Source: an uncultured Gammaproteobacteria bacterium (GTDB lineage: Bacteria; Patescibacteriota; Patescibacteriia; Magasanikbacterales; UBA922). Taken from it: a DNA stretch of 64,000 bases. The notes below the pieces were generated by a model, which saw nothing but the letters and a program-made list of their open reading frames with translations, did no database searches and was not told where the DNA came from. The stretch spans positions 57,542 to 121,541 of the forward strand of contig CAZFUL010000003.1 in assembly GCA_964522435.1 (NCBI GenBank), read 5' to 3'. Position numbers and translations under genes: made by a program. Shown in pieces: positions 10,501 through 17,487 of the stretch (within the stretch, counting starts at the first letter, position 1; each line of letters begins with the position of its first letter).

Positions 10501-10948
10501 AGAAGACATTGCGCATATTAAAGAGGCGCAGATACAATTTGTTCGTATTGCTGGAGAGGTTACAGAAGCAAAGTCTTCGTATTTGTATGTGGATGATGGG
10601 ACGGATGAAATAAAAATATATCTAAAAAAAGGAGCAAACGTTCCTAAAAAGTTTGTCTCTGTGGGAGACCTTGTTGACGTTACGGGTATATTGATTACGA
10701 GTGGAGAAGAATTACAACTCTTACCCAGATCGTCAAAAGATATAATAAAAACCGGCGTTGTAGAAGAATCAATTATTGATAAAGGAATAGGAGATTCAGT
10801 GAACGAGGGAAGTGTTGCACAAACATATTTAACAGCAACTGCTGGAGGTATTAGTTCATTGCTACTCGGCATGTTAGCTAAAGTGCACGGCGCTACTATT
10901 TGGAGGAGAACAACGTACGTGCTAGAAAAAATTATTCGGCGTGCATAA
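7568..10948 (+). CDS. Giant membrane-anchored surface protein: N-terminal TM, five lamin-tail domains (LTD), one PKD domain, two C-terminal OB-fold-like domains, C-terminal hydrophobic segment
   Basis: 1126 aa; strong SD (aggagg) 8 nt upstream; LTD signatures IIISEIGASE...EWIELYN, IVINEVVSDPESGGEWIEL, IVINELVSDPADDSEEFIELYN, LRISELFPNPKGSDTEQEFIELFN, LRITELVPNPEGTDDTEFIELFN; PKD-like FFWDLGDTTTS...YTQPGIYTIQLTVQD; OB-like VDVYGVVAVEPG...QYFYMVDE and IAGEVTEAK...LYVDDGTDEIKIY; no nuclease catalytic motifs recognized. Confidence 0.75.
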   Translation: MRYRIFIVGILVLIGVLGIFYNSYTQGSAIIISEIGASEASGLEWIELYNRSNEAIDVTDWIFFEAETNHTLTLVQGTSTIQAKEFFVVAQDSTQLLERDALSGITVFDSAWGSLNEKGESLAIKDQIGNIVEQFVYIASSNFSLEKIDLDAFIYSAENWKEHPTGHSLGKENYWSSVPTEDLPPENEGEPDVQEHGFIPIVINEVVSDPESGGEWIELLSLATTSVQVANWEIYDSSGKIATVSSTLEPGSFFVVELARSVLNNTGDTVILRNHTGIEVERIVYGVADGAVVSAPQKGQSIARTMPASGEFVITTTITKGEKNSIVFPVPEEGSSPQEPPASPSSTPTPTGVIGDIVINELVSDPADDSEEFIELYNSTQATVSIDGWYIEDGSEGKTVLQGNIPGQGFFVVEKPKGSLNNAGDLVLLFDAYRDQMDSVAYGSWDDGNKADNAPVAKDPQSLSRKSDGSDTDYDYHDFVITDVVTPGESNRIHESGMLGQGIYTKDLRISELFPNPKGSDTEQEFIELFNYGEIPIALQGWQMGDNSKKIFRFTDNHEIHPFSYLLLYRSETGISLNNSGTEEVHVFAPNGEIIDSLQYSGSVKEESSFARFGDTRTDWTTLATPGKENVLQGQAAAPQIVFQSIPDAFVNEPISFDASDTIDEDSDSLSFFWDLGDTTTSSNESFIHRYTQPGIYTIQLTVQDSEANSSTMQRMIRISDVIGATEQFATSSYHALRITELVPNPEGTDDTEFIELFNAGFVDIDISDLFLDDEDGGSKPYRFPSGTSIAAQSYRVFSRTETKLALNNTADHVRLLSKEKDILLDVAYDGSVEGAAYVLDDVGNWVWSQRITPGEISYVEELDIILSSTKKNNKEKIVLSTTIAGAKQQDVGDMVDVYGVVAVEPGVFGTQYFYMVDEEQQAIQVYMYKKDFPSLSIGDGMYVRGELAMTKGEWRIKTSDKEDIRAHDHPNLEDIMTEDIAHIKEAQIQFVRIAGEVTEAKSSYLYVDDGTDEIKIYLKKGANVPKKFVSVGDLVDVTGILITSGEELQLLPRSSKDIIKTGVVEESIIDKGIGDSVNEGSVAQTYLTATAGGISSLLLGMLAKVHGATIWRRTTYVLEKIIRRA

Positions 10949-11012
10949 AAACATAACAGAAACAAAAAAATTTGTTATACTACAAGACATTATATAGTAT
11001 AACAATATATGT

Positions 11013-12707
11013 ATGATTGATTCTGTTTTTGCTCAGCTCAGTATATTACTTGGGATTACGGTCACTATCGCTTGTGTGATGCGTTTTCTCCGACAACCAT
11101 TAATGGTTGGGTATCTCATATCAGGTATTATTGCTGGACCCTTTGTCTTAAATATTTTTCAAGGACATACGGAACTGTTTGATGCCTTAGCAGAGTTAGG
11201 TGTAGTGTTGTTGCTTTTTGTTGTTGGTCTTAGTTTAAATTTTGATCATATCAAAAGAATTGGGAAAGTGTCTTTGATTGCTGGAGTATCCCAAGTATTA
11301 TTTACCTGTATTTTTGGGTTTTTAATGCTCTTTTTCTTTTTAAACATGGGTTTTTCTTCTGCCTTGTATTTAGCCATAGCAATTACTTTTTCAAGTACTA
11401 TTATTATCATTAAGTTATTGACCGATAAAAAAGATACAGAATCGGTATATGGGCGATATACCATTGGTCTCATGATTGTTCAAGATCTTATCGCGTTATT
11501 TATTATTGTTTTATTGACCTCGTTCAGTGAAGGGGTAACGGGCATGGAATTTATCAGTGCTCTTTTATTAAAAGTGATTGTGTTGTCGGCCTTTGTCTTT
11601 TTTATGGGGCGCTACATTATTCCTCGTGTCATGCCCCATGTTGCTTCTTCATCAGAATTCTTATTTTTATTTACCGTTGCGTGGTGTTTTGGTATTGCCA
11701 GTCTGTTATTTTGGCTAGGTTTTTCTGCGGAAGTAGGTGCACTTATTGCTGGTCTCACATTGGGATCTTCTCCGTATCAGGCAGAAATAAGTAGTCGAGT
11801 AAAGCCGTTACGAGATTTTTTTATTGTGTTATTTTTTATCATTTTGGGAAGTGAATTACACTTAGGAAATATTGGTGATTCACTTATCCCCGGAATTGTA
11901 TTATCCCTCTTTATTTTGATTGGAAACCCACTTATTTTTTATTGGGTATTTCGTCGGTTAAAATTTACTCGACGTAATAGTTTTTTAGCAGGGCTTACTG
12001 CAGCACAGGTGAGTGAGTTTGGTTTCGTGTTATTGCTTACTGGAAAAAAATTAGGTCATATACAAGGGACCGAGATGGAAATATTTACTCTTGTTGCCCT
12101 AGGGACGATTATTATCTCTTCCTATCTGATTACCTATAATGAAAAAATATATCATTGGCTTATGCCGGTGTTTACTCTTTTTGGAAAAGATAAGTATCGT
12201 CAAAAAGAAGAAAAAGAAGCAAGTTATGATGTGTGGCTTTTTGGCTATCATCGCTTAGGGTGGAAAATTTATGAGGCCTTACAACAAAAAGGAATGAGCG
12301 TGGGTGTTGTAGATTTTAATCCAACAACAATTCAAAAATTAAAAGATCGGAATATTCCTGCATACTTTGGGGATGCGGGCGATGTAGAATTTTTAGATCA
12401 ATTGCCTCTTCATAAAGCAAAAATGATTATCTCTACTATGCCGGATGTTGATGATCAAGTGACGCTTATAAAGCATGTGAAAGCAAAGAGTGAAAAACCT
12501 CTTTGTGTGGCAACGACCTATCATTTGGATTATATGCACCAGTTATATGGTGCTGGTGCACACTATGTACTTATGCCTCATGTTATTGGAGGAACCTGGT
12601 TTGCAGAACAATTAGAGGGATCAGCGTGGACTAAAAAAACATTTGCGTTATTAAAAAAACAGCAGAAAGAAGAATTACAGATGAGAGAACATTCTGGTAT
12701 AGCCTAA
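11013..12707 (+). CDS. Monovalent cation:proton antiporter (CPA2/Kef-type) with C-terminal RCK/TrkA-N domain
   Basis: 564 aa; ~12 TM helices then Rossmann-like WLFGYHRLGWKIYEALQQKGMSVGVVDFNP...GDAGDVEFL. Confidence 0.8.
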   Translation: MIDSVFAQLSILLGITVTIACVMRFLRQPLMVGYLISGIIAGPFVLNIFQGHTELFDALAELGVVLLLFVVGLSLNFDHIKRIGKVSLIAGVSQVLFTCIFGFLMLFFFLNMGFSSALYLAIAITFSSTIIIIKLLTDKKDTESVYGRYTIGLMIVQDLIALFIIVLLTSFSEGVTGMEFISALLLKVIVLSAFVFFMGRYIIPRVMPHVASSSEFLFLFTVAWCFGIASLLFWLGFSAEVGALIAGLTLGSSPYQAEISSRVKPLRDFFIVLFFIILGSELHLGNIGDSLIPGIVLSLFILIGNPLIFYWVFRRLKFTRRNSFLAGLTAAQVSEFGFVLLLTGKKLGHIQGTEMEIFTLVALGTIIISSYLITYNEKIYHWLMPVFTLFGKDKYRQKEEKEASYDVWLFGYHRLGWKIYEALQQKGMSVGVVDFNPTTIQKLKDRNIPAYFGDAGDVEFLDQLPLHKAKMIISTMPDVDDQVTLIKHVKAKSEKPLCVATTYHLDYMHQLYGAGAHYVLMPHVIGGTWFAEQLEGSAWTKKTFALLKKQQKEELQMREHSGIA

Positions 12708-12722
12708 AAAATAGATAATAAA

Positions 12723-12748
12723 AAGCCCCGATTATATCGGGGCTTTTT
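12723..12748. terminator. Bidirectional rho-independent terminator (variant of the recurrent GC hairpin) between the antiporter gene and the tRNA-Pro end of the minus-strand tRNA operon
   Basis: aaaGCCCCGATtatATCGGGGCttttt, A-run and T-run on either side. Confidence 0.75.
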
Positions 12749-12749
12749 G

Positions 12750-12824
12750 TCGGAGTGATAGGACTCGAACCTACGACCTCATGGTCCCAAACCACGCGCT
12801 CTAGCCAACTGAGCTACACTCCGC
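12750..12824 (-). tRNA. tRNA-Pro (anticodon UGG)
   Basis: Reverse complement folds as cloverleaf: acceptor CGGAGUG/CACUCCG, anticodon stem CGUGG/CCAUG, loop UUUGGGA (UGG), T-loop GGTTCGAGTCC; CCA not encoded. Confidence 0.8.
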
Positions 12825-12912
12825 CTATGCCTTCGCTACGCTCAGGCTTCGGCGGACATGTCCGCTATTTATAATGAAGCTTCGCGTATAAGAAATTTTC
12901 TTAGCAAAGGAG

Positions 12913-12984
12913 TGCCGAGGGGCAGGATCGAACTGCCGACACGAGGATTTTCAGTCCTCTGCTCTACCACTGAGCTACCTCGGC
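12913..12984 (-). tRNA. tRNA-Phe (anticodon GAA)
   Basis: Reverse complement GCCGAGGTAGCTCAGTGGTAGAGCAGAGGACTGAAAATCCTCGTGTCGGCAGTTCGATCCTGCCCCTCGGCA; anticodon loop CUGAAAA; 7-bp acceptor stem. Confidence 0.85.
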
Positions 12985-13071
12985 CTTATAAAACAAGTAA
13001 CAGGTAACTTGTAACAGCTAACGTCTCGTCGGAGCTTGTTAATTGTTAAAAATTACCTGTTACTTGTTATT

Positions 13072-13147
13072 TGGTGGACCAGAGAGGATTCGAACCCCCT
13101 ACCTCCTCGGTGCAAACGAGGCGCTCTACCAAGTGAGCTACTGGCCC
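13072..13147 (-). tRNA. tRNA-Ala (anticodon UGC), CCA encoded
   Basis: Reverse complement GGGCCAGTAGCTCACTTGGTAGAGCGCCTCGTTTGCACCGAGGAGGTAGGGGGTTCGAATCCTCTCTGGTCCACCA; G3:U70 identity pair, anticodon loop UUUGCAC. Confidence 0.85.
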
Positions 13148-13170
13148 ATAATGTAAATTTATGTGCGAGA

Positions 13171-13199
13171 AGTATAGCAATACACGATAAAGAAGTCAA
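13171..13199 (-). promoter_or_regulatory. Sigma70-like promoter TTGACT-N17-TATACT driving the tRNA-Ala/Phe/Pro operon
   Basis: Minus-strand reading TTGACTtctttatcgtgtattgcTATACT about 25 nt upstream of the tRNA-Ala 5' end. Confidence 0.55.
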
Positions 13200-13276
13200 T
13201 AGAATATACACAGTTGAGAGTTTTATCAATACCCTCTATGATAGAGGGGGTATTGTATATATTATTTTTATGATCT

Positions 13277-14926
13277 ATGAAAGCTGCTGATTTATTAGTA
13301 AAAGCCTTGGAACATGAAGGAGTAAGTTTTATTGTGGGTGTTCCTGGAGAAGAAAATTTGGATGTTGTTGAGTCACTCCGACAATCACGCATCACCCTTA
13401 TCCCTACGCGTCATGAACAGAGTGCGGGATTTATTGCCGCAACCGTAGGAAGGTTAACAGGAAAACCCGGGGTTGCTCTTTCTACCCTTGGGCCGGGCGC
13501 AACTAATTTTGCAACAGCCGCTGCCTATGCAACGTTGGGGGGGATGCCCCTACTTATGATTACCGGACAAAAACCAATTCATTCAAGTAAGCAAGGACAT
13601 TTTCAAATTCTTGATATTGTACAAATGATGCAGCCCTTATGTAAGTCTACGAAACAAATAACGAATGCAAATATGCTTGCTGCTACGGTGCGAGAGTCAT
13701 TTCGTATTGCTACAGAAGAGCGTCCCGGCGCCGTACATATTGAGTTGCCTGAAGACATTGCTGCGGAAGATACCTCCCTGACGACATTATTTCCTATCAC
13801 AAAAATTCGTCGTCCTATTGCCGAACAGAAAGCCATTCAACAAGCTGTAGAGAGTATCCGTGCTGCGAAACATCCCCTGTTGTTGATTGGTGCTGGAGCA
13901 AATAGAAAATTAACCTCAACCATGCTTCTTGAATTTATTGAACAAACACAGATTCCATTTTTTAATACGCAAATGGGGAAAGGGGTTGTTGATGAACGTC
14001 ATCCCTGTTTCATCGGGACTGCCGCTTTGAGTAGTAATGATCTCATCCATAAAGCGGTTGAACATGCCGATGTTATTATCAATATTGGGCATGATGTGGT
14101 AGAAAAACCGCCGTTTATCATGAACAGAGAACAACAGGTTATTCATATAAATTTTTATGGTGCAAAAGTTGATAACATTTATTTTCCCCAAGTAGAAGTA
14201 ATTGGCGATATTGCAAACGCAATTTGGCAAATCAAAGAAGGTTTGCGAGCTCAGCAATCTGAACAGACTTGGGATACCTCTTTTTTCTTTCAAATAAAAC
14301 AGGCAATTGATACACATATCGCTCGAGATACGCAGAACCCAGCGTTTCCTCTTATTCCCCAGCGCATTGTTGCTGATGTACGAAAAATAATGCCAGAAGA
14401 TGGTATTGTTGCGCTCGATAATGGTATGTATAAACTTTGGTTTGCACGTAATTATCGTACGTATGCGTCTAATACGTTGTTATTAGATAACGCGCTTGCA
14501 ACTATGGGGGCAGGATTGCCAAGTGCTATGGCAGCAAAAATGATATATCCGGATAAAGCCGTCCTTGCCGTGTGTGGTGATGGAGGCTTTATGATGAATT
14601 CTCAAGAAATAGAAACCGCGTTACGGTTGCAACTGCATTTGGTTATTTTAATTTTAGATGATGGAGGGTATGGCATGATTAAATGGAAGCAGGAGCTTGG
14701 TGGTTTTATTAATTATGGGTTAGATTTTCATAATCCAGATTTTGTACGCTATGCAGAAAGTTATGGTGCGTATGGCTATAGAGTGACGCATGCTGATGAA
14801 TTGTGCACCCTTATGACTAAGGCATTTGCTATTCCTGGTGTTCACATTATTGATGTTCCGATTGATTATCGACCGAATATAGATGTGTTATCCACAGAAC
14901 TTATGGAGTTAACAAAACAGGTATGA
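13277..14926 (+). CDS. Thiamine-pyrophosphate enzyme of the acetolactate synthase/2-oxoacid decarboxylase family (possible 2-oxoglutarate decarboxylase)
   Basis: 549 aa; N-terminal Pyr domain (GVPGEENLDVVESL...HEQSAGF), C-terminal TPP-binding GDGGFMMN motif; no small regulatory subunit adjacent; coupled to an aldehyde dehydrogenase. Confidence 0.75.
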   Translation: MKAADLLVKALEHEGVSFIVGVPGEENLDVVESLRQSRITLIPTRHEQSAGFIAATVGRLTGKPGVALSTLGPGATNFATAAAYATLGGMPLLMITGQKPIHSSKQGHFQILDIVQMMQPLCKSTKQITNANMLAATVRESFRIATEERPGAVHIELPEDIAAEDTSLTTLFPITKIRRPIAEQKAIQQAVESIRAAKHPLLLIGAGANRKLTSTMLLEFIEQTQIPFFNTQMGKGVVDERHPCFIGTAALSSNDLIHKAVEHADVIINIGHDVVEKPPFIMNREQQVIHINFYGAKVDNIYFPQVEVIGDIANAIWQIKEGLRAQQSEQTWDTSFFFQIKQAIDTHIARDTQNPAFPLIPQRIVADVRKIMPEDGIVALDNGMYKLWFARNYRTYASNTLLLDNALATMGAGLPSAMAAKMIYPDKAVLAVCGDGGFMMNSQEIETALRLQLHLVILILDDGGYGMIKWKQELGGFINYGLDFHNPDFVRYAESYGAYGYRVTHADELCTLMTKAFAIPGVHIIDVPIDYRPNIDVLSTELMELTKQV

Positions 14927-16290
14927 CCACAGAACAAATAAATCCTGCGACAGGAGAAGCTATCGATAGTTATTCATATATGGATTTTTCTGTTGTTGAA
15001 ACTATGTTGCACAACATGCAAGTAGCCCAACATGTTTGGAAAGAACAATCCTTTCAATACAAAGCAGTCTGCTTTCGGTCACTTGCAACATTGTTACGAG
15101 CAGAAAAAGAATCTTGTGCCCGCATGATTACTCGCGAGATGGGAAAAGCAATAACAGAATCTTTTGCCGAAGTGGAAAAGTGTGCAACGTTGGCTGAGTA
15201 TCTTGCAGAACATGCGGAATCTTGGTTAAAACCGAGAACATTGCATGCTGATGGAAAAAAACATGAGTTGCACTTTGACCCCTTGGGGATCATTTGTTTA
15301 GTGATGCCATGGAACTTTCCATTTTGGCAGCCCCTAAAGGTTGGTTTACCGCCACTTTTAGCAGGGAATGCCATCGTGTTAAAACACGCAAAAAATGTTA
15401 GTGGCAGTAGTCTCTTATTAGAGAGGCTTATGGTACAGGCCGGATTTCCTAAAGATATATTTCGTAGTATTATTGTTGATCATTCTGTGTTAGCGCAAGT
15501 AATAGCACACCCAGCGATTGCGGCGGGTTCATTAACAGGAAGTGAAAAAGCTGGTTCTATCTTTGCGGCTCAAGCTGGAAAACAGCTCAAAAAAGTCGTA
15601 ATGGAATTGGGTGGCTCTGATGTGGCGATTGTTTGTAAGGATGCGGACATTCCTTTAGCTGCAAAAGGAATAGCAAAAGGGAGAATGATGAATGCTGGAC
15701 AGGTCTGTATTGCAACAAAACGTATTCTTGTTCATCAATCAATTGAAGTTCAATTTCTACAAGCGCTTGTGCAAGAAGTACGTGCACTGCGCGTAGGTGA
15801 TCCAGAACAAGATGCTATTGATATGGGGCCATTGGTGAATGAACAAGCGGTTAAGGATATGGAATCATTTGTAGAAGACGCATTAAATCAAGGAGCGCAT
15901 TGTGTGTTAGGCGGAAAGCGAATTAACCAATCCGGAGCATATTTTGAACCAACAATTCTTACAAACGTAACACCAAACATGCGAGTGATGCGTGAAGAAG
16001 TATTTGGACCAATTGCTCCTGTCATGGCTTTTACAAATGAGGAAGAAGCAATCACTGTTGCCAATAACAGTACCTATGGATTATCTGCAACTGTGTGGAC
16101 TCGGGATATGCAACAAGGAGAACGGATAGCAAAAGCACTTCAAACAGGATCTGTATTTATTAACTCCTTATCAAAAACTGACCCACGACTTCCTGTGGGT
16201 GGCATAAAGAATAGCGGTTTTGGTCGCGAGTTATCCGAATATGGTATTCGAGAGTTTGTGAACATAAAAACAATAAATGTTTACTCATAG
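14923..16290 (+). CDS. NAD(P)-dependent succinate-semialdehyde dehydrogenase-like aldehyde dehydrogenase (Sad/YneI-type short ALDH)
   Basis: 455 aa; INPATGE...MITREMGKAITESFAEVEKCA...EHAESWLKP closely parallels the E. coli Sad/YneI N-terminus (from memory); catalytic ELGG and GQVCIA Cys motifs; start overlaps upstream stop (ATGA). Confidence 0.75.
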   Translation: MTTEQINPATGEAIDSYSYMDFSVVETMLHNMQVAQHVWKEQSFQYKAVCFRSLATLLRAEKESCARMITREMGKAITESFAEVEKCATLAEYLAEHAESWLKPRTLHADGKKHELHFDPLGIICLVMPWNFPFWQPLKVGLPPLLAGNAIVLKHAKNVSGSSLLLERLMVQAGFPKDIFRSIIVDHSVLAQVIAHPAIAAGSLTGSEKAGSIFAAQAGKQLKKVVMELGGSDVAIVCKDADIPLAAKGIAKGRMMNAGQVCIATKRILVHQSIEVQFLQALVQEVRALRVGDPEQDAIDMGPLVNEQAVKDMESFVEDALNQGAHCVLGGKRINQSGAYFEPTILTNVTPNMRVMREEVFGPIAPVMAFTNEEEAITVANNSTYGLSATVWTRDMQQGERIAKALQTGSVFINSLSKTDPRLPVGGIKNSGFGRELSEYGIREFVNIKTINVYS

Positions 16291-16302
16291 TGGTATAATA
16301 AA

Positions 16303-16334
16303 AAACCAGCGTAACGTCCACGCTGGTTTTTTAT
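16303..16334. terminator. Bidirectional rho-independent terminator between aldehyde dehydrogenase gene (+) and small membrane protein gene (-)
   Basis: aaaaaACCAGCGTaacgtccACGCTGGTtttttatt. Confidence 0.75.
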
Positions 16335-16546
16335 TATACGAGTCGATCAATCGTATAATGGGTAATGGTAATAATGGCAATTCCTAGTAGGAGTGAAAAA
16401 AGATAACTCATGGGAAGATTCCCTGGAAGCAGATACATATCTAAAAATCCCCAAATACCCCGCCATAAACCAATTAAACCAGAAAGAATAATTAAGTTAA
16501 AAACTAATTGATGATGTTTTTTAAGTTTAAATAATTTTTTTAGCAT
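16334..16546 (-). CDS. Small hypothetical membrane protein (two predicted TM helices)
   Basis: 70 aa; LVFNLIILSGLIGLWRGIWGF and YLFSLLLGIAIITITHY hydrophobic segments; terminator immediately downstream. Confidence 0.4.
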   Translation of the reverse strand: MLKKLFKLKKHHQLVFNLIILSGLIGLWRGIWGFLDMYLLPGNLPMSYLFSLLLGIAIITITHYTIDRLV

Positions 16547-16636
16547 AGAAAAATGAACATATCTCGGTAACGTACATAGTATAGCACAGTGTTAAAAAAA
16601 ACGCCTTGGTGGTATTCTATCTAAAATAGATGTTAT

Positions 16637-16891
16637 ATGTTTTATCATCCTATGGAAAATAAAAAAATAATTGTTGGAGGGATATATCAGCATTATAAAC
16701 GTCTTTCTTTGTATCAGATTGTCGCTCTTGCATTACATAGTGAAACAAAAGAAGAGATGGTGGTGTATCAATCAATAGATAAGGAAACAGAATATTGGGT
16801 GCGTCCCCTCGCGTTGTTTTGTGAAAATGTTATTGTTGATGGTATTTCACAACCACGCTTTCGCTATATAAAAATGAATATCTCTCTCTAA
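16637..16891 (+). CDS. DUF1653-family small protein
   Basis: 84 aa; GGIYQHYKRLSLYQIVALALHSETKEEMVVYQSIDKETEYWVRPLALFCENV matches the DUF1653 pattern (Y.HYKG..Y.V...A.HSET.E..VVY..L....WVRP...F); hairpin terminator at ~16895-16935. Confidence 0.55.
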   Translation: MFYHPMENKKIIVGGIYQHYKRLSLYQIVALALHSETKEEMVVYQSIDKETEYWVRPLALFCENVIVDGISQPRFRYIKMNISL

Positions 16892-17046
16892 AACAAAGAA
16901 CTCTCCTTACTTAAGAGGAGAGTTCTTTTTTTGCCATACAGTGCTAGGGGAAACTGTATAGTTATGGAATAATTATAGCAGTTCTTAAAAAAGAACTCAA
17001 TTAGCTACAAGCGTGGGTGTGGATATTCTTTTTTCTTCTGTGGCGA

Positions 17047-17075
17047 TTGACAAATTTGAAACAAGTACGTATACT
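17047..17075 (+). promoter_or_regulatory. Sigma70-like promoter TTGACA-N17-TATACT upstream of tRNA-Gly(UCC)
   Basis: TTGACAaatttgaaacaagtacgTATACT, 20 nt before the tRNA 5' end. Confidence 0.55.
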
Positions 17076-17095
17076 ACGCCTCGTAGCAAATAGCT

Positions 17096-17167
17096 GCGGA
17101 TGTCGTATAATGGTTATTATCTCGGCCTTCCAAGCCGATGACGCCGGTTCGATTCCGGTCATCCGCT
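17096..17167 (+). tRNA. tRNA-Gly (anticodon UCC)
   Basis: GCGGATGTCGTATAATGGTTATTATCTCGGCCTTCCAAGCCGATGACGCCGGTTCGATTCCGGTCATCCGCT; anticodon loop CUUCCAA, U73 discriminator. Confidence 0.85.
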
Positions 17168-17256
17168 CTCGGTAGCAATAAACATTTAGCTATTGACAAT
17201 TGACGTGTTTTCAAAGATAGTGAGTTGGTAGTAGCTAAATGTTTATTGTTAGTTAT

Positions 17257-17329
17257 AGCGAGATAGAGCAATTGGCAGCTCGTCGGGCCCATAACCCGAA
17301 GGTTCCAGGTTCGAGTCCTGGTCTCGCAA
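17257..17329 (+). tRNA. Initiator tRNA-fMet (anticodon CAU) with C at position 33
   Basis: AGCGAGATAGAGCAATTGGCAGCTCGTCGGGCCCATAACCCGAAGGTTCCAGGTTCGAGTCCTGGTCTCGCAA; near-identical to the E. coli tRNA-fMet anticodon arm (TCGGGCTCATAACCCGA) including three consecutive G-C pairs; A1xA72 mismatch typical of bacterial initiators; loop is CCCATAA rather than CUCAUAA. Confidence 0.75.
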
Positions 17330-17340
17330 CAAAAGCCTAT

Positions 17341-17414
17341 GCGGTAATAGCTCAGCTGGCTAGAGCGCCTCCTTGCCAAGGAGGAGGTCGCCGGTTCGAA
17401 TCCGGTTTACCGCT
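17341..17414 (+). tRNA. tRNA-Gly (anticodon GCC)
   Basis: GCGGTAATAGCTCAGCTGGCTAGAGCGCCTCCTTGCCAAGGAGGAGGTCGCCGGTTCGAATCCGGTTTACCGCT; anticodon loop UUGCCAA. Confidence 0.85.
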
Positions 17415-17427
17415 CACATGGATAGAA

Positions 17428-17457
17428 AAAACACCCAGTAGCATGGGTGTTTTTTTG
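17428..17457 (+). terminator. Rho-independent terminator after the tRNA-Gly/fMet/Gly cluster
   Basis: aaaaaACACCCAgtagcaTGGGTGTttttttt. Confidence 0.75.
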
Positions 17458-17487
17458 TATAAGGGGGGTGGGTAGAAAATAGAGAGG

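Noticed and set aside
13036-13290. 84-aa plus-strand ORF upstream of the TPP enzyme gene
   Set aside because: Overlaps tRNA-Ala and the tRNA-operon promoter. No coding signal.
17239-17475. 78-aa plus ORF and overlapping minus ORFs (17074-17379, 17352-17561, 17414-17659)
   Set aside because: They cover the tRNA-Gly/fMet/Gly cluster and its terminator. Artefacts of GC-richer tRNA sequence.
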